Below are positions 1 to 13,900 of a DNA stretch of 64,000 nucleotides, piece by piece (positions within the stretch are counted from its first letter, which is position 1; each line of letters begins with the position of its first letter). The position numbers and the translations under genes were made by a program. This stretch comes from Tubiluchus corallicola. Its lineage: Eukaryota > Animalia > Priapulida. The notes below the pieces were generated by a model. It saw only the letters and a list, made by a program, of their open reading frames with translations, made no database searches and was not told the origin of the DNA. The stretch is from positions 124,001 to 188,000 of the forward strand of contig JAQGDQ010000394.1 of NCBI GenBank assembly GCA_030141605.1. The letters run 5' to 3'.

Positions 1-739
1 TAATGTTTGTGGCCTAGGCAAGGTCTACTATACAACAGGACGTGTACGGTCAGATCTCTGATTCCGCCAGCGGAGGCGGTCTATTTTTAACATTTAGTGC
101 TAATAATTTGGACATATTTACCCCCATGGTGACCTATAGCATGCCACAATACATATAGAACATATTCCTCATTCATCTGGTAATTTAAAAACAGTGGTAC
201 CTATGATATCCCCCCAAAAAAACACACCATATCTGCAACTCATTGTGTCCCAACATGTCCCATGTCACAACCAGACATGTGTAGTCGATAAATTTGTTAT
301 TCTTAAAAACGTAATAAAATTTAAAGCTAAAAACATACATTTTTGACATACATTTGGTATTTGATCTACTTCTAAAACTTGCCACTGTTCAATACAGTTT
401 AAAGACATTTAGCTTACATAGAAAAGTAGGTTTGAAATATCTAGGCTGAGAATATTCTAATTTTTGTTTCCAAAGAAATCTTCCCGTTTCCAAAAACCTT
501 TCTGAGTTTTGAAAATGCTGGTAATGCCTTAATCTTCCGACTTGATATGACCTCTTCTGTTGCAAGCAAAGTATCAAGATGTTTGCAACTTTCCATGATT
601 CATTACCGTTACGTGTCGCGTGAAATTTTTCAGTTTTTTGTTTGGTTTTGTTTTCAGATTTCTTTCTATTGAACTTCTATAGTGTTAATTGAGTAATTCT
701 AATGTGTCTATTGCAGGAATATGGGAAACTTCTTTAGAT

Positions 740-1061
740 TTAAGGAGGTGGAGTTGGGGTTGTAGTTGTGGTTACAGGTGGGGTTGTAGTTGTGGGTTTG
801 GGGCGATAGCGGCGGGCTCGACGACGGTGGTGTGGAACGTACCGGGGTCGTGGTTTAGTTTGTTTGTCTATTACTTGCTTGAAGTTGAATGTCAAATCTA
901 CCAAAGATTTGTGCGTGTCCAGAAACTTCGGAGAAGAGACCAGTGGACACATCTCTGGGTCATTTCCAACGGACGGACAAGTGGACGGCAGGAGGTCGAA
1001 ACTGACACTCCCTTAGATTTTGATATGGTTTCTGTCCCAAGCGACAATGTCTCCAGAGGGG
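740..1061 (-). pseudogene. Last-exon fragment of a probable pentraxin-domain gene with Arg- and Pro/Thr-rich tail (module C, copy 1 of 5)
   Basis: Translates as PSGDIVAWDRNHI(K/E)I*GSVSFDLLPSTCP...RRRARRYRPKPTTTTPPVTTTTTPTPPP*. The start resembles the pentraxin C-terminal motif (recalled NPTX1 SGNVIAWAESHIEIYGG). The in-frame TAA at 1013-1015 is shared by all copies (also ~6264-6585, 9172-9487, 12072-12416, 14349-14694). Confidence 0.5.
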
Positions 1062-2314
1062 TTATTACCTATCATTTTAGTCATTGCCTCTGTTGAAGAC
1101 ATGAACAAGCCAGTCATTCTCCAGGGGGGTTGAAGCACGTCATGTTTATACTTTCTAAACGAAAAAGAAAACAAACTGTTACTGTTTGAATTATAACGTC
1201 AAATTCGAAATAATCAAACTCTAATTCAAATTTCTTATGCGTGTGCGTGCATGCGTGTGTGTTCTGACCGATTCTAACTTTGTAAATGTAATGTTTGTGG
1301 CCTAGGTTATCTTAATTTTGTATCTTAGCTATTTTATACATATATGAATGTCGAATATTTTTAAAGTCTGTTCTTGTCCTAACTCATGGTAATACGTAGG
1401 ATATTGTACTAGTGAGCATACTTACAGGTTATTTGGCTAGTTCCTTGTTTCTTTGTTTGCATTCTTGTCAGGGTTGTTTGTTTACTATCTGATAAATACG
1501 TAAACAATATATGTCAGCATTGCGAATAATTGTTTCTGTTTTCATAACAGTTTAATACATATACAATGATCCTGTATATAATGATGTATCGCTTTCTGCT
1601 TTTCATACTCTCTTTTCTGGCTTTGTTTAATAAAGAAAATCAAGAGAAAAGCTTATATAAAAACAAAAAAGCAAAGAAATAAAGAAAATGATTTAATTCA
1701 ACATAAACATGTTGTTTGCTAGCTCAAACGATCGTTTCGACAGCATCTGTCATTTTCGATGCTATAAACAAATAAAAATGTAAATAAAGCCAGAACAAAT
1801 AATAATAATCTTTACAATTTTCTTTTCAAAAGAAGCTCTTTCTAAGTTGTAGTGGTAGTTGTTGTTATTGTAGTTTCTACATTCTGACAATTTGAGTTTT
1901 TCCTCTTGTGATTGTGTAATGATATCATTTATTTTATGCCTTGAATAGAGAATGCCTGTCAGAGAGAAAACTGGCAGGTGTGAACGTGCCATCAAAATGA
2001 CAACAAAATGGTACAGATAAATTCAATTTAATACTTTATTACCTATCATTTTAGTCATTGCCTCTGTTGAAGACATGAACAAGTCAGTCATTCTTCAGGA
2101 GGGTTGAAGCATGTCATGTTTATACTTTCTAAACGAAAAAGAAAACAAACTGTTACTCTTTGAATTATAACGTCAAATTCGAATTAATAAAACTCTAATT
2201 CGTTATAATCAATGTCATTTGCAGAATGAACAATTTCAAATTTCTTACGCGTGTGCGTGCGTGTGTCTGTTCTGACCGATTCTAACTTTGTAAATGTAAT
2301 GTTTGTGGCCTAGG

Positions 2315-3546
2315 CAAGGTCTACTATACAACAGGACGTGTACGGTCAGATCTCTGTTTCCGCCAGCGGAGGCAGTCTATTTTTAACATTTAGTGCTAAT
2401 AATTTGGACATATTTACCCCCCATGGTGACCTATAGCATGCCACATTACACATAGAACATATTCCTCATTCATCTAGTAATTTAAAAACAGTGGTACCTA
2501 TGATATCCCCCCCAAAAAACACACCATATCTGCAACTCATTGTGTCCCGAAGATTACCTGTCACTTTCTATAGAGAATAATGCACTCACCATTTTGCAGA
2601 GATGTTTGCGACAATTAGTCGGCTAGTCGTGCCTTCTTAATGGAGGTCTGGTAAAGGGCTGAGTTCTGCTGGTGATCCTTCTCCAAATTGCGTAGTCCAT
2701 GCAGCAGTACATTCGCCAGGCGTCTCAGAGCATTTCTTGAAAATTCTCCAAAATCAAAGTAGGCATTGATTATGGAGAGGATGTTCATGAGCTTGTTGCG
2801 GCAGCAGACTGTGTGAGTTGACTTCTTCACAAAACACAAGCCAGTTCTTACGAATTCGAACGTGAATGTGTGGGGCACTATAAGATCTCCCCTAGACACT
2901 TCTTCAATGAACATTTTCATTTCCTCAGAAAGGAGAGGCTCATCCTCGGGAAAAGAAATGTCATTTTGGCACTTACTCTCCAACCAACCTGCAAAATATG
3001 CACACGCGTTCAGTTCAGTTTTGGAAAGAGTCTCGTCAACACAAATCTCCATAATTTTGGCATCCTCGAAATCAATCCCATTGCATGTGTGCAACTGGAT
3101 TTTGGATGATATGTCTGTGTCCACAAACTCCGGTAATGATGCAGAGAAACGCGCCAGTCTCCGCTTGAATGCTGAACAGACATCTCCAGCTTGCATGAAT
3201 GCATTGGTCCCCCTTGACTGCCTGTAAACTGAGAACTCACCCTCTATTCTGTCACTCTGAAGTTCATGCAATGATACGTAGTGAAATCCAACAGAAAACA
3301 AGTGCCTACAGATAGCGAGGAGTCCCTCCGTGGTCTGAATCAAAGCTTTTCGCGTATCATGTGTCAGGCATTCAATTCTTTTTGGTCCGTGTCCTGATTT
3401 GGTTTGCTTAAACAGAGTCAACAACGACTGAAGAGTATCAGATGTATCTTGTTGAACAGATCGATCAGGGTCTCTCATCCTAGTGTCTTTACCTCTGGCA
3501 GAAACATTTACCACATTCCACCAGCGTAGCACTTGCTGAATGAATT
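2315..3546 (-). mobile_element. 5'-truncated P-element (THAP9-like) transposon end with transposase C-terminal half, D1 haplotype (ORF 2615-3546)
   Basis: The EFIQQVLRWWNVVNV, LQSDRIEGEFSVYRQSRG (RNase-H catalytic Glu motif, Q/S-D-x-I/L-E-x-x-F-S-x-x-R) and YFAGW motifs are typical of P-superfamily transposases. The CAAGG terminus is inserted after ggcctagg, and empty sites are seen at 1301-1310 and 12655-12665. Confidence 0.8.
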
Positions 3547-3876
3547 CTGTCAGAGAGAAAACTGGCAGGTGTGAACGTGCCATCAAAATGACAACAAAAC
3601 GGTACAGATAAATTCAATTTAATACTTGTTGAAGACATGAACAAGTCAGTCATTCTCCAGTGGGGTTGAAGCATGTCATGTTTATACTTTCTAAACGAAA
3701 AAGAAAACAAACTGTTACTCTTTGAATTATAACGTCAAATTCGAATTAATAAAACTCTAATTCGTTATAATCAATGTCATTTGCAGAATGAACAATTTCA
3801 AATTTCTTACGCGTGTGCGTGCGTGTGTGTGTTCTGACGGATTCTAACTTTGTAAATGTAATGTTTGTGGCCTAGG

Positions 3877-5110
3877 CAAGGTCTACTATACAACAGGACG
3901 TGTACGGTCAGATCTCTGATTCCGCCAGCGGAGGCGGTCTATTTTTAACATTTAGTCCCAATAATTTGGACATATTTACCCCCCATGGTGACCTATAGCA
4001 TGCCACAATACATATAGAACATATTCCTCATTCATCTGGTAATTTAAAAACAGTGGTACCTATGATATCCCCCCCCAAAAAAACACACCATATCTGCAAC
4101 TCATTGTGTCCCGAAGATTACCTGTCACTTTCTATAGAGAATAATGCACTCACCATTTTGCAGAGATGTTTGCGACAATTAGTTGGCTAGTCACGCCTTC
4201 TTAATGGAGGTCTGGTAAAGGGCTGAGTGCTGCTGGTGATCCTTCTCCAAATTGTGTAGTCCATGCAGCAGTACATTCGCCAGGCGTCTCAGAGCATTTC
4301 TTGAAAATTCTCCAAAATCAAAGTAGGCATTGATTATGGAGAGGATGTTCATGAGCTTGTTGCGGCAGCAGACTGTGTGAGTTGACTTCTTCACAAAACA
4401 CAAGCCAGTTCTAACGAATTCGAACGTGAATGTGTGGGGCACTGTAAGACCTCCCCTAGACACTTCTTCAATGAACATTTTCATTTCCTCAAAAAGGAGA
4501 GGCTCATCCTCTGGCAAAGAAATGTCATTTTGGCACTTACTCTCCAACCAACCTGCGACATATGCACACGCGTTCAGTTCAGTTTTGGAAAGAGTCTCGT
4601 CAACACAAATCTCCATAATTTTGGCATCTTCAAAATCAATCCCATTGCATGTGTGGAACTGGATTTTGGATGATATGTCTGTGTCCACAAACTCCAGGAA
4701 TGATGCAGAGAAATGCGCCAGTCTCCGCTTGAATGCTGAACAGACATCTCCAGCTTGCATGAATGGATTGGTCCCCCTTGACTGCCTGTAAACTGAGAAC
4801 TCACCCTCTATTCTGTCACTCTGAAGTTCACGCAATAATACGTAGTGAAATCCAACAGAAAACAAGTGCCTACAGATAGCGAGGAGTCCCTCCGTGGTCT
4901 GAATCAAAGCTTTTCGCGTATCATGTGTCAGGCATTCAATTCTTTTTGGTCCGTGTCCTGATTCGGTTTGCTTAAACAGAGTCAACAACGACTGAAGAGT
5001 ATCAGATGTATCTTGTTGAACAGATCGATCAGGGTCTCTCATCCTAATGTCTTGACCTCTGGCAGAAACATTTACCACATTCCACCAGCGTAGCACTTGC
5101 TGAATGAATT
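3877..5110 (-). mobile_element. Truncated P-like element copy, D2 haplotype (ORF 4191-5110, premature stop 4 aa from the end)
   Basis: Near-identical to 2315-3546, with diagnostic VLLRELQ, TNPF and KKA* variants. Confidence 0.8.
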
Positions 5111-6862
5111 CTGTCAGAGAGAAAACTGGCAGGTGTGAACGTGCCATCAAAATGACAACAAAACGGTACAGATAAATTCAATTTAATACTTTATTACCTA
5201 TCATTTTAGTCATTGCCTCTGTTGAAGACATGAACAAGCCAGTCATTCTCCAGGAGGGTTGAAGCATGTCATGTTTATACTTTCTAAACGAAAAAGAAAA
5301 CAAACTGTTACTCTTTGAATTATAACGTCAAATTCGAATTAATAAAACCCTAATTCGCTATAATCAGTGTCATTTGCAGAATGAACAATTTCAAATTTCT
5401 TACGCGTGTGCATGCGTGTGTGTGTTCTGACTGATTCTAACTTTGTAAATGTAATGTTTGTGGCCTAGGCAAGGTCTACTATACAACAGGACGTGTACGG
5501 TCAGATCTCTGATTCCGCCAGCGGAGGCGGTGTATTTTTAACATTTAGTGCTAATAATTTGGACATATTTACCCCCATGGTGACCTATAGCATGCCACAA
5601 TACATATAGAACATATTCCTCATTCATCTGGTAATTTAAAAACAGTGGTACCTATGATATCCCCCCCAAAAAAACACACCATATCTGCAACTCATTGTGT
5701 CCCAACATGTCCCATGTCACAACCAGACATGTGTAGTCGATAAATTTGTTATTCTTAAAAACGTAATAAAATTTAAAGCTAAAAACATACATTTTTGACA
5801 TACATTTGGTATTTGATCTATTTCTAAAACTTGCCACTGTTCAATACAGTTTAAAGACATTTAGCTTACATAGAAAAGTAGGTTTGAATTATCTAAACTT
5901 ACTACTATTCAGTAGAGTTTATAAAAAGACAGTTAGCTTAATTAGGAAAGTAGGTTTGAATTATCTAGGCTGAGAATATTCTAATTTTTGTTTCCAAAGA
6001 GATCTTCCCGTTTCCAAAAACTTTTTTGAGTTTTGAAAATGCTGGTAATGCCTTAATCTTCCGTCGTGATATGACCTCTTCTGTTGCAAGCAAAATATCA
6101 AGATGTTTGCAACTTTCCATGATTCATCATCATTACGTGTCGCGTGAAATTTTTCAGTTTTTTGTTTAGTTTTGTTTTCAGATTTCTGTCTATTGAACTT
6201 CTATAGTGTTAATTGAGTAATTCTAATGTGTCTATTGCAGGAATATGGGAAACTTCTTTAGATTTAAGGAGGTGGAGTTGGGGTTTTAGTTGTGGTTACA
6301 GGTGGGGTTGTAGTTGGGGGTTTGGGGCAATAGCGGCGGGGTCGACGGCGGTGGTATGGAACGTACCGGGGTCGTGATTTAGTTGATTTGTCAATTTCTT
6401 GCTTGAAGTTGAACGTGAAATCTACCAAAGCTTTGTACGTGTCCAGAAACTTCGGAGAAGAGACCAGTGGACACATCTCTGGGTCATCTCCAATGGACGG
6501 ACAAGTGGACGGCAGGAGGTCGAAACTGACACTCCCTTAGATTTCGATATGGTTTCTGTCCCAAGCGACAATGTCTCCAGAGGGGTTATTACCTATCATT
6601 TTAGTCATTGCCTCTGTTGAAGACATGAACAAGTCAGTCATTCTCCAGTGGGGTTGAAGCATGTCATGTTTATACTTTCTAAACGAAAAAGAAAACAAAC
6701 TGTTACTCTTTGAATTATAACGTCAAATTCGAATTAATAAAACTAATTCGTTATAATCAATGTCATTTGCAGAATGAACAATTTCAAATTTCTTACGCGT
6801 GTGCGTGCGTGTGTGTGTTCTGACGGATTCTAACTTTGTAAATGTAATGTTTGTGGCCTAGG

Positions 6863-8089
6863 CAAGGTCTACTATACAACAGGACGCGTACGGTCAGATC
6901 TCTGATTTGGTCAGCGGAGGCGGTCTATTTTTAACATTTAGTGCTAATAATTTGGACATATTTACCCCCATGGTGACCTATAGCATGCCACAATACATAT
7001 AGAACATATTCCTCATTCATCTGGTAATTTAAAAACAGTGGTACCTATGATATCCCCCCCCCCAAAAAAAAACACACCATATCTGCAACTCATTGTGTCC
7101 CGAAGATTACCTGTCACTTTCTATAGAGAATGAGAATAATGCACTCACCATTTTGCAGAGATGTTTGCGACAATTAGTTGGCTAGTCACGCCTTCTTAAT
7201 GGAGGTCTGGTAAAGGGCTGAGTGCTGCTGGTGATCCTTCTCCAAATTGTGTAGTCCATGCAGCAGTACATTCGCCAGGCGTCTCAGAGCATTTCTTGAA
7301 AATTCTCCAAAATCAAAGTAGGCATTGATTATGGAGAGGATGTTCATGAACTTGTTGCGGCAGCAGACTGTGTGAGTTGACTTCTTCACAAAACACAAGC
7401 CAGTTCTAACGAATTCGAATGTGAATGTGTGGGGCACTGTAAGACCTCCCCTAGACACTTCTTCAATGAACATTTTCATTTCCTCAAAAAGGAGAGGCAA
7501 ACAAATGTCATTTTGGCACTTACTCTCCAACCAACCTGCGACATATGCACACGCGTTCAGTTCAGTTTTGGAAAGAGTCTCGTCAACACAAATCTCCATA
7601 ATTTTGGCATCCTCAAAACTAATCCTATTGCATGTGGAACTGATTTTGATTAGATATATTCAACCACAAACTCCAGGAATGATGCAGAGAAATGCGCCAG
7701 TCTCCGCTTGAATGCTGAACAGACATCTCCAGCTTGCATGAATGGATTGGTCCCCCTTGACTGCCTGTAAACTGAGAACTCACCCTCTATTCTGTCACTC
7801 TGAAGTTCACGCAATAATACGTAGTGAAATCCAACAGAAAACAAGTGCCTACAGATAGCGAGGCGTCCCTCCGTGGTCTGAATCAAAGCTTTTCGCGTAT
7901 CATGTGTCAGGCATTCAATTCTTTTTGGTCCGTGTCCTGATTCGGTTTGCTTAAACAGAGTCAACAACGACTGAAGAGTATCAGATGTATCTTGTTGAAC
8001 AGATCGATCAGGGTCTCTCATCCTAATGTCTTGACCTCTGGCAGAAACATTTACCACATTCCACCAGCGTAGCACTTGCTGAATGAATT
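6863..8089 (-). mobile_element. Truncated P-like element copy, D2, frameshifted
   Basis: ORF is split (7186-7599 and 7650-8126) by clustered small deletions at ~7620-7665; a further deletion lies near 7497. Confidence 0.8.
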
Positions 8090-9766
8090 CTGTCAGAGAG
8101 AAAACTGGCAGGTGTGAACGTGCCATCGAAATGACAACAAAATGGTACAGATAAATTCAATTTAATACTTTATTACCTATCATTTTAGTCATTGCCTCTG
8201 TTGAAGACATGAACAAGCCAGTCATTCTCCAGGGGGGTTGAAGCATGTCATGTTTATACTTTCTAAACGAAAAAGAAAACAAACTGTTACTCTTTGAATT
8301 ATAACGTCAAATTCGAATTAATAAAACTCTAATTCGTTATAATCAATGTCATTTGCAGAATGAACAATTTCAAATTTCTTACGCGTGTGCGTGCGTGTGT
8401 GTGTTCTGACCGATTCTAACTTTGCAAATGTAATGTTTGTGGCCTAGGCAAGGTCTACTATACAACAGGACGTGTACGGTCAGATCTCTGATTCCGCCAG
8501 CGGAGGCGGTCTATTTTTAACATTTAGTGCTAATAATTTGGACATATTTACCCCCCATGGTGACCTATAGCACGCCACAATACATATAGAACATATTCCT
8601 CATTCATCTAGTAATTTAAAAACAGTGGTACCTATGATATCCCCCCTAAAAAAACACACCATATCTGCAACTCATTGTGTCCCAACAGGTCCCATGTCAC
8701 AACCAGACACGTGCAGTCGATAAATTTGTTATTCTTAAAAACGTAATAAAATTTAAAGCTAAAAACATACATTTTTGACATACATTTGGTATTTGATCTA
8801 CTTCTAAAACTTGCCACTGTTCAATACAGTTTAAAGACATTTAGCTTACATAGAAAAGTAGGTTTGAAATATCTAGGCTGAGAATATTCTAATTTTTGTT
8901 TCCAAAGAAATCTTCCCGTTTCCAAAAACCTTTCTGAGTTTTGAAAATGCTGGTAATGCCTTAATCTTCCGACTTGATACGACCTCTTCTGTTGCAAGCA
9001 AAGTATCAAGATGTTTGCAACTTTCCATGATTCATCACCGTTACGTGTCGCGTGAAATTTTTCAGTTTTTTGTTTGGTTTTGTTTTCAGATTTCTTTCTA
9101 TTGAACTTCTATAGTGTTAATTGAGTAATTCTAATGTGTCTATTACAGGAATATGGGAAACTTCTTTAGATTTAAGGAGGTGGAGTTGTAGTTGTGGTTA
9201 CAGTTGGGGTTGTAGTTGTGGGTTTGGGGCGATAGCGGCGGGCTCGACGACGGTGGTGTGGAACGTACCGGGGTCGTGGTTTAGTTTGTTTGTCTATTAC
9301 TTGCTTGAAGTTGAACGTGAAATCTACCAAAGATTTGTACGTGTCCAGAAACTTCGGAGAAGAGACCAGTGGACACATCTCTGGGTCATTTCCAACGGAC
9401 GGACAAGTGGACGGCAGGAGGTCGAAACTGACAATCCCTTAGATTTCGATATGGTTTCTGTCCCAAGCGACAATGTCTCCAGAGGGGTTATTACCTATCA
9501 TTTTAGTCATTGCCTCTGTTGAAGACATGAACAAGCCAGTCATTCTCCAGGGGGGTTGAAGCATGTCATGTTTATACTTTCTAAACGAAAAAGAAAACAA
9601 ACTGTTACTCTTTGAATTATAACGTCAAATTCGAATTAATAAAACTCTAATTCGTTATAATCAATGTCATTTGCAGAATGAACAATTTCAAATTTCTTAC
9701 GCGTGTGCGTGCGTGTGTGTGTTCTGACGGATTCTAACTTTGTAAATGTAATGTTTGTGGCCTAGG

Positions 9767-10998
9767 CAAGGTCTACTATACAACAGGACGTGTACGGTCA
9801 GATCTCTGATTCCGCCAGCGGAGGCGGTCTATTTTTAACATTTAGTCCTAATAATTTGGACATATTTACCCCCCATGGTGACCTATAGCATGCCACAATA
9901 CATATAGAACATATTCCTCATTCATCTGGTAATTTAAAAACAGTGGTACCTATGATATCCCCCCCCCCCCAAAAAACACACCATATCTGCAACTCATTGT
10001 GTCCCGAAGATTACCTGTCACTTTCTATAGAGAATAATGCACTCACCATTTTGCAGAGATGTTTGCGACAATTAGTTGGCTAGTCACGCCTTCTTAATGG
10101 AGGTCTGGTAAAGGGCTGAGTGCTGCTGGTGATCCTTCTCCAAATTGTGTAGTCCATGCAGCAGTACATTCGCCAGGCGTCTCAGAGCATTTCTTGAAAA
10201 TTCTCCAAAATCAAAGTAGGCATTGATTATGGAGAGGATGTTCATGAGCTTGTTGCGGCAGCAGACTGTGTGAGTTGACTTCTTCACAAAACACAAGCCA
10301 GTTCTAACGAATTCGAACGTGAATGTGTGGGGCACTGTAAGACCTCCCCTAGACACTTCTTCAATGAACATTTTCATTTCCTCAAAAAGGAGAGGCTCAT
10401 CCTCTGGCAAAGAAATGTCATTTTGGCACTTACTCTCCAACCAACCTGCGACGTATGCACACGCGTTCAGTTCAGTTTTGGAAAGAGTCTCGTCAACACA
10501 AATCTCCATAATTTTGGCATCTTCAAAATCAATCCCATTGCATGTGTGGAACTGGATTTTGGATGATATGTCTGTGTCCACAAACTCCAGGAATGATGCA
10601 GAGAAATGCGCCAGTCTCCGCTTGAATGCTGAACAGACATCTCCAGCTTGCATGATTGGTCCCCCTTGACTGCCTGTAAACTGAGAACTCACCCTCTATT
10701 CTGTCACTCTGAAGTTCACGCAATAATACGTAGTGAAATCCAACAGAAAACAAGTGCCTACAGATAGCGAGGAGTCCCTCCGTGGTCTGAATCAAAGCTT
10801 TTCGCGTATCATGTGTCAGGCATTCAATTCTTTTTGGTCCGTGTCCTGATTCGGTTTGCTTAAACAGAGTCAACAACGACTGAAGAGTATCAGATGTATC
10901 TTGTTGAACAGATCGATCAGGGTCTCTCATCCTAGTGTCTTGACCTCTGGCAGAAACATTTACCACATTCCACCAGCGTAGCACTTGCTGAATGAATT
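9767..10998 (-). mobile_element. Truncated P-like element copy, D2, frameshifted
   Basis: A 5-bp deletion near 10654 (catgaatggattgg to catgattgg) splits the ORF. Confidence 0.8.
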
Positions 10999-13900
10999 CT
11001 GTCAGAGAGAAAACTGGCAGGTGTGAACGTGCCATCAAAATGACAACAAAATGGTACAGATAAATTCAATTTAATACTTTATTACCTATCATTTTAGTCA
11101 TTGCCTCTGTTGAAGACATGAACAAGCCAGTCATTCTCCAGGGGGGTTGAAGCATGTCATGTTTATACTTTCTAAACGAAAAAGAAAACAAACTGTTACT
11201 CTTTGAATTATAACGTCAAATTCGAATTAATAAAACTCTAATTCATAATCAATGTCATTTGCAGAATGAACAATTTCAAATTTCGCGTGTGCGTGCGTGT
11301 GTGTGTTCTGACCGATTCTAACTTTGTAAATGTAATGTTTGTGGCCTAGGCAAGGTCTACTATACAACAGGACGTGTACGGTCAGATCTCTGATTCCGCC
11401 AGCGGAGGCGGTCTATTTTTAACATTTAGTGCTAATAATTTGGACATATTTACCCCCCATGGTGACCTATAGCATGCCACAATACATATAGAACATATTC
11501 CTCATTCATCTAGTAATTTAAAAACAGTGGTACCTATGATATCCCCCCTAAAAAAACACCATATCTGCAACTCATTGTGTCCCAACATGTCCCATGTCAC
11601 AACCAGACATGTGTAGTCGATAAATTTGTTATTCTTAAAAACGTAATAAAATTTAAAGCTAAAAACATACATTTTTGACATACATTTGGTATTTGATCTA
11701 TTTCTAAAACTTGCCACTGTTCAATACAGTTTAAAGACATTTAGCTTACATACAAAAGTAGGTTTGAAATATCTAGGCTGAGAATATTCTAATTTTTGTT
11801 TCCAAAGAAATCTTCCCGTTTCCAAAAACCTTTCTGAGTTTTGAAATTGCTGGTAATGCCTTAATCTTCCGACTTGATATGACCTCTTCTGTTGCAAGCA
11901 AAGTATCAAGATGTTTGCAACTTTCCATGATTCATCACCATTACGTGTCGCGTGAAATTTTTCAGTTTTTTGTTTGGTTTTGTTTTCAGATTTCTTTCTA
12001 TTGAACTTCTATAGTGTTAATTGAGTAATTCTAATGTGTCTATTGCAGGAATATGGGAAACTTCTTTAGATTTAAGGAGGTGGAGTTGGGGTTGTAGTCG
12101 TGGTTACAGGCGGGGTTGTAGTTGTGGTTACAGGTGGGGTTGTAGTTGTGGGTTTGGGGCGATAGCGGCGGGCTTGACGACGGTGGTGTGGAACGTACCG
12201 GGGTCGTGGTTTAGTTTGTTTGTCTATTACTTGCTTGAAGTTGAATGTCAAATCTACCAAAGCTTTGTACGTGTCCAGAAACTTCGGAGAAGAGACCAGT
12301 GGACACATCTCTGGGTCATTTCCAACGGACGGACAAGTGGACGGCAGGAGGTCAAAACTGACACTCCCTTAGATTTTGATATGGTTTCTGTCCCAAGCGA
12401 CAATGTCTCCAGGGGGTTATTACCTATCATTTTAGTCATTGCCTCTGTTGAAGACATGAACAAGCCAGTCATTCTCCAGGGGGGTTGAAGCATGTCATGT
12501 TTATACTTTCTAAACGAAAAAGAAAACAAACTGTNNCTGTTTGAATTATAACGTCAAATTCGAAATAATCAAACTCTAATTCAAATTTCTTATGCGTGTG
12601 CGTGCATGCGTGTGTGTTCTGACCGATTCTAACTTTGTAAATGTAATGTTTGTGGCCTAGGTTATCTTAATTTTGTATCTTAGCTATTTTATACATATAT
12701 GAATGTCGAATATTTTTAAAGTCTGTTCTTGTCCTAACTCATGGTAATACGTAGGATATTGTACTAGTGAGCATACTTACAGGTTATTTGGCTAGTTCCT
12801 TGTTTCTTTGTTTGCATTCTTGTCAGGGTTGTTTGTTTACTATCTGATAAATACGTAAACAATATATGTCGGCATGGTGAATATTTGTTTCTCTTTTCAT
12901 AACAGTTTAATACATATACAATGATCCTGTATATAATGATGTATAGAAAATCAAGAGAAAAGCTTATATAAAAACAAAAAAACAAAGAAATAAAGAAAAT
13001 GATTTAATTCAACATTAACATGTTGTTTGCTAGCTCAAACGATCGTTTCGACAGCATCTGTCATTTTCGATGCTATAAACAAATAAAAATGTAAATAAAG
13101 CCAGAACAAATAATAATAATCTTTACAATTTTCTTTTCAAAAGAAGCTCTTTCTAAGTTGTAGTGGTAGTTGTTGTTATTGTAGTTTCTACATTCTGACA
13201 ATTTGAGTTTTTCCTCTTGTGATTGTGTAATGATATCATTTATTTTATGCCTTGAATAGAGAATACCTGTCAGAGAGAAAACTGGCAGGTGTGAACGTGC
13301 CATCAAAATGACAACAAAATGGTACAGATAAATTCAATTTAATACTTTATTACCTATCATTTTAGTCATTGCCTCTGTTGAAGACATGAACAAGCCAGTC
13401 ATTCTCCAGGGGGGTTGAAGCATGTCATGTTTATACTTTCTAAATGAAAAAGAAAACAAACTGTTACTCTTTGAATTATAACGTCAAATTCGAATTAATA
13501 AATCTCTAATTTGTTATAATCAATGTCATTTGCAGAATGAACAATTTCAAATTTCTTATGCGTGTGCGTTCGTGTGTGTGTTCTGACCGATTCTAACTTT
13601 GTAAATGTAATGTTTGTGGCCTAGGCAAGGTCTACTATACAACAGAACGTGTACGGTCAGATCTCTGATTCCGCCAGCGGAGGCGGTCTATTTTTAACAT
13701 TTAGTGCTAATAATTTGGACATATTTACCCCCCATGGTGACCTATAGCATGCCACAATACATATAGAACATATTCCTCATTCATCTAGTAATTTAAAAAC
13801 AGTGGTACCTATGATATCCCCCCTAAAAAAACACACCATATCTGCAACTCATTGTGTCCCAACATGTCCCATGTCACAACCAGACATGTGTAGTCGATAA

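Noticed and set aside
185-1096. Short repeated ORFs (MASFRSRS, MILCLQQK, MSNSNVSI) and + strand ORFs antisense to the transposase
   Set aside because: These are UTR/intergenic or shadow frames and recur only because the DNA is duplicated.
3547-3586. MMARSHLPVFSLT as the N-terminus of the transposase ORFs
   Set aside because: It is the polypyrimidine/acceptor end of a host intron with a TTG start call; the same peptide precedes unrelated module E sequence.
12535-12536. nn bases
   Set aside because: Assembly ambiguity, not biology; it is a caution about array accuracy.
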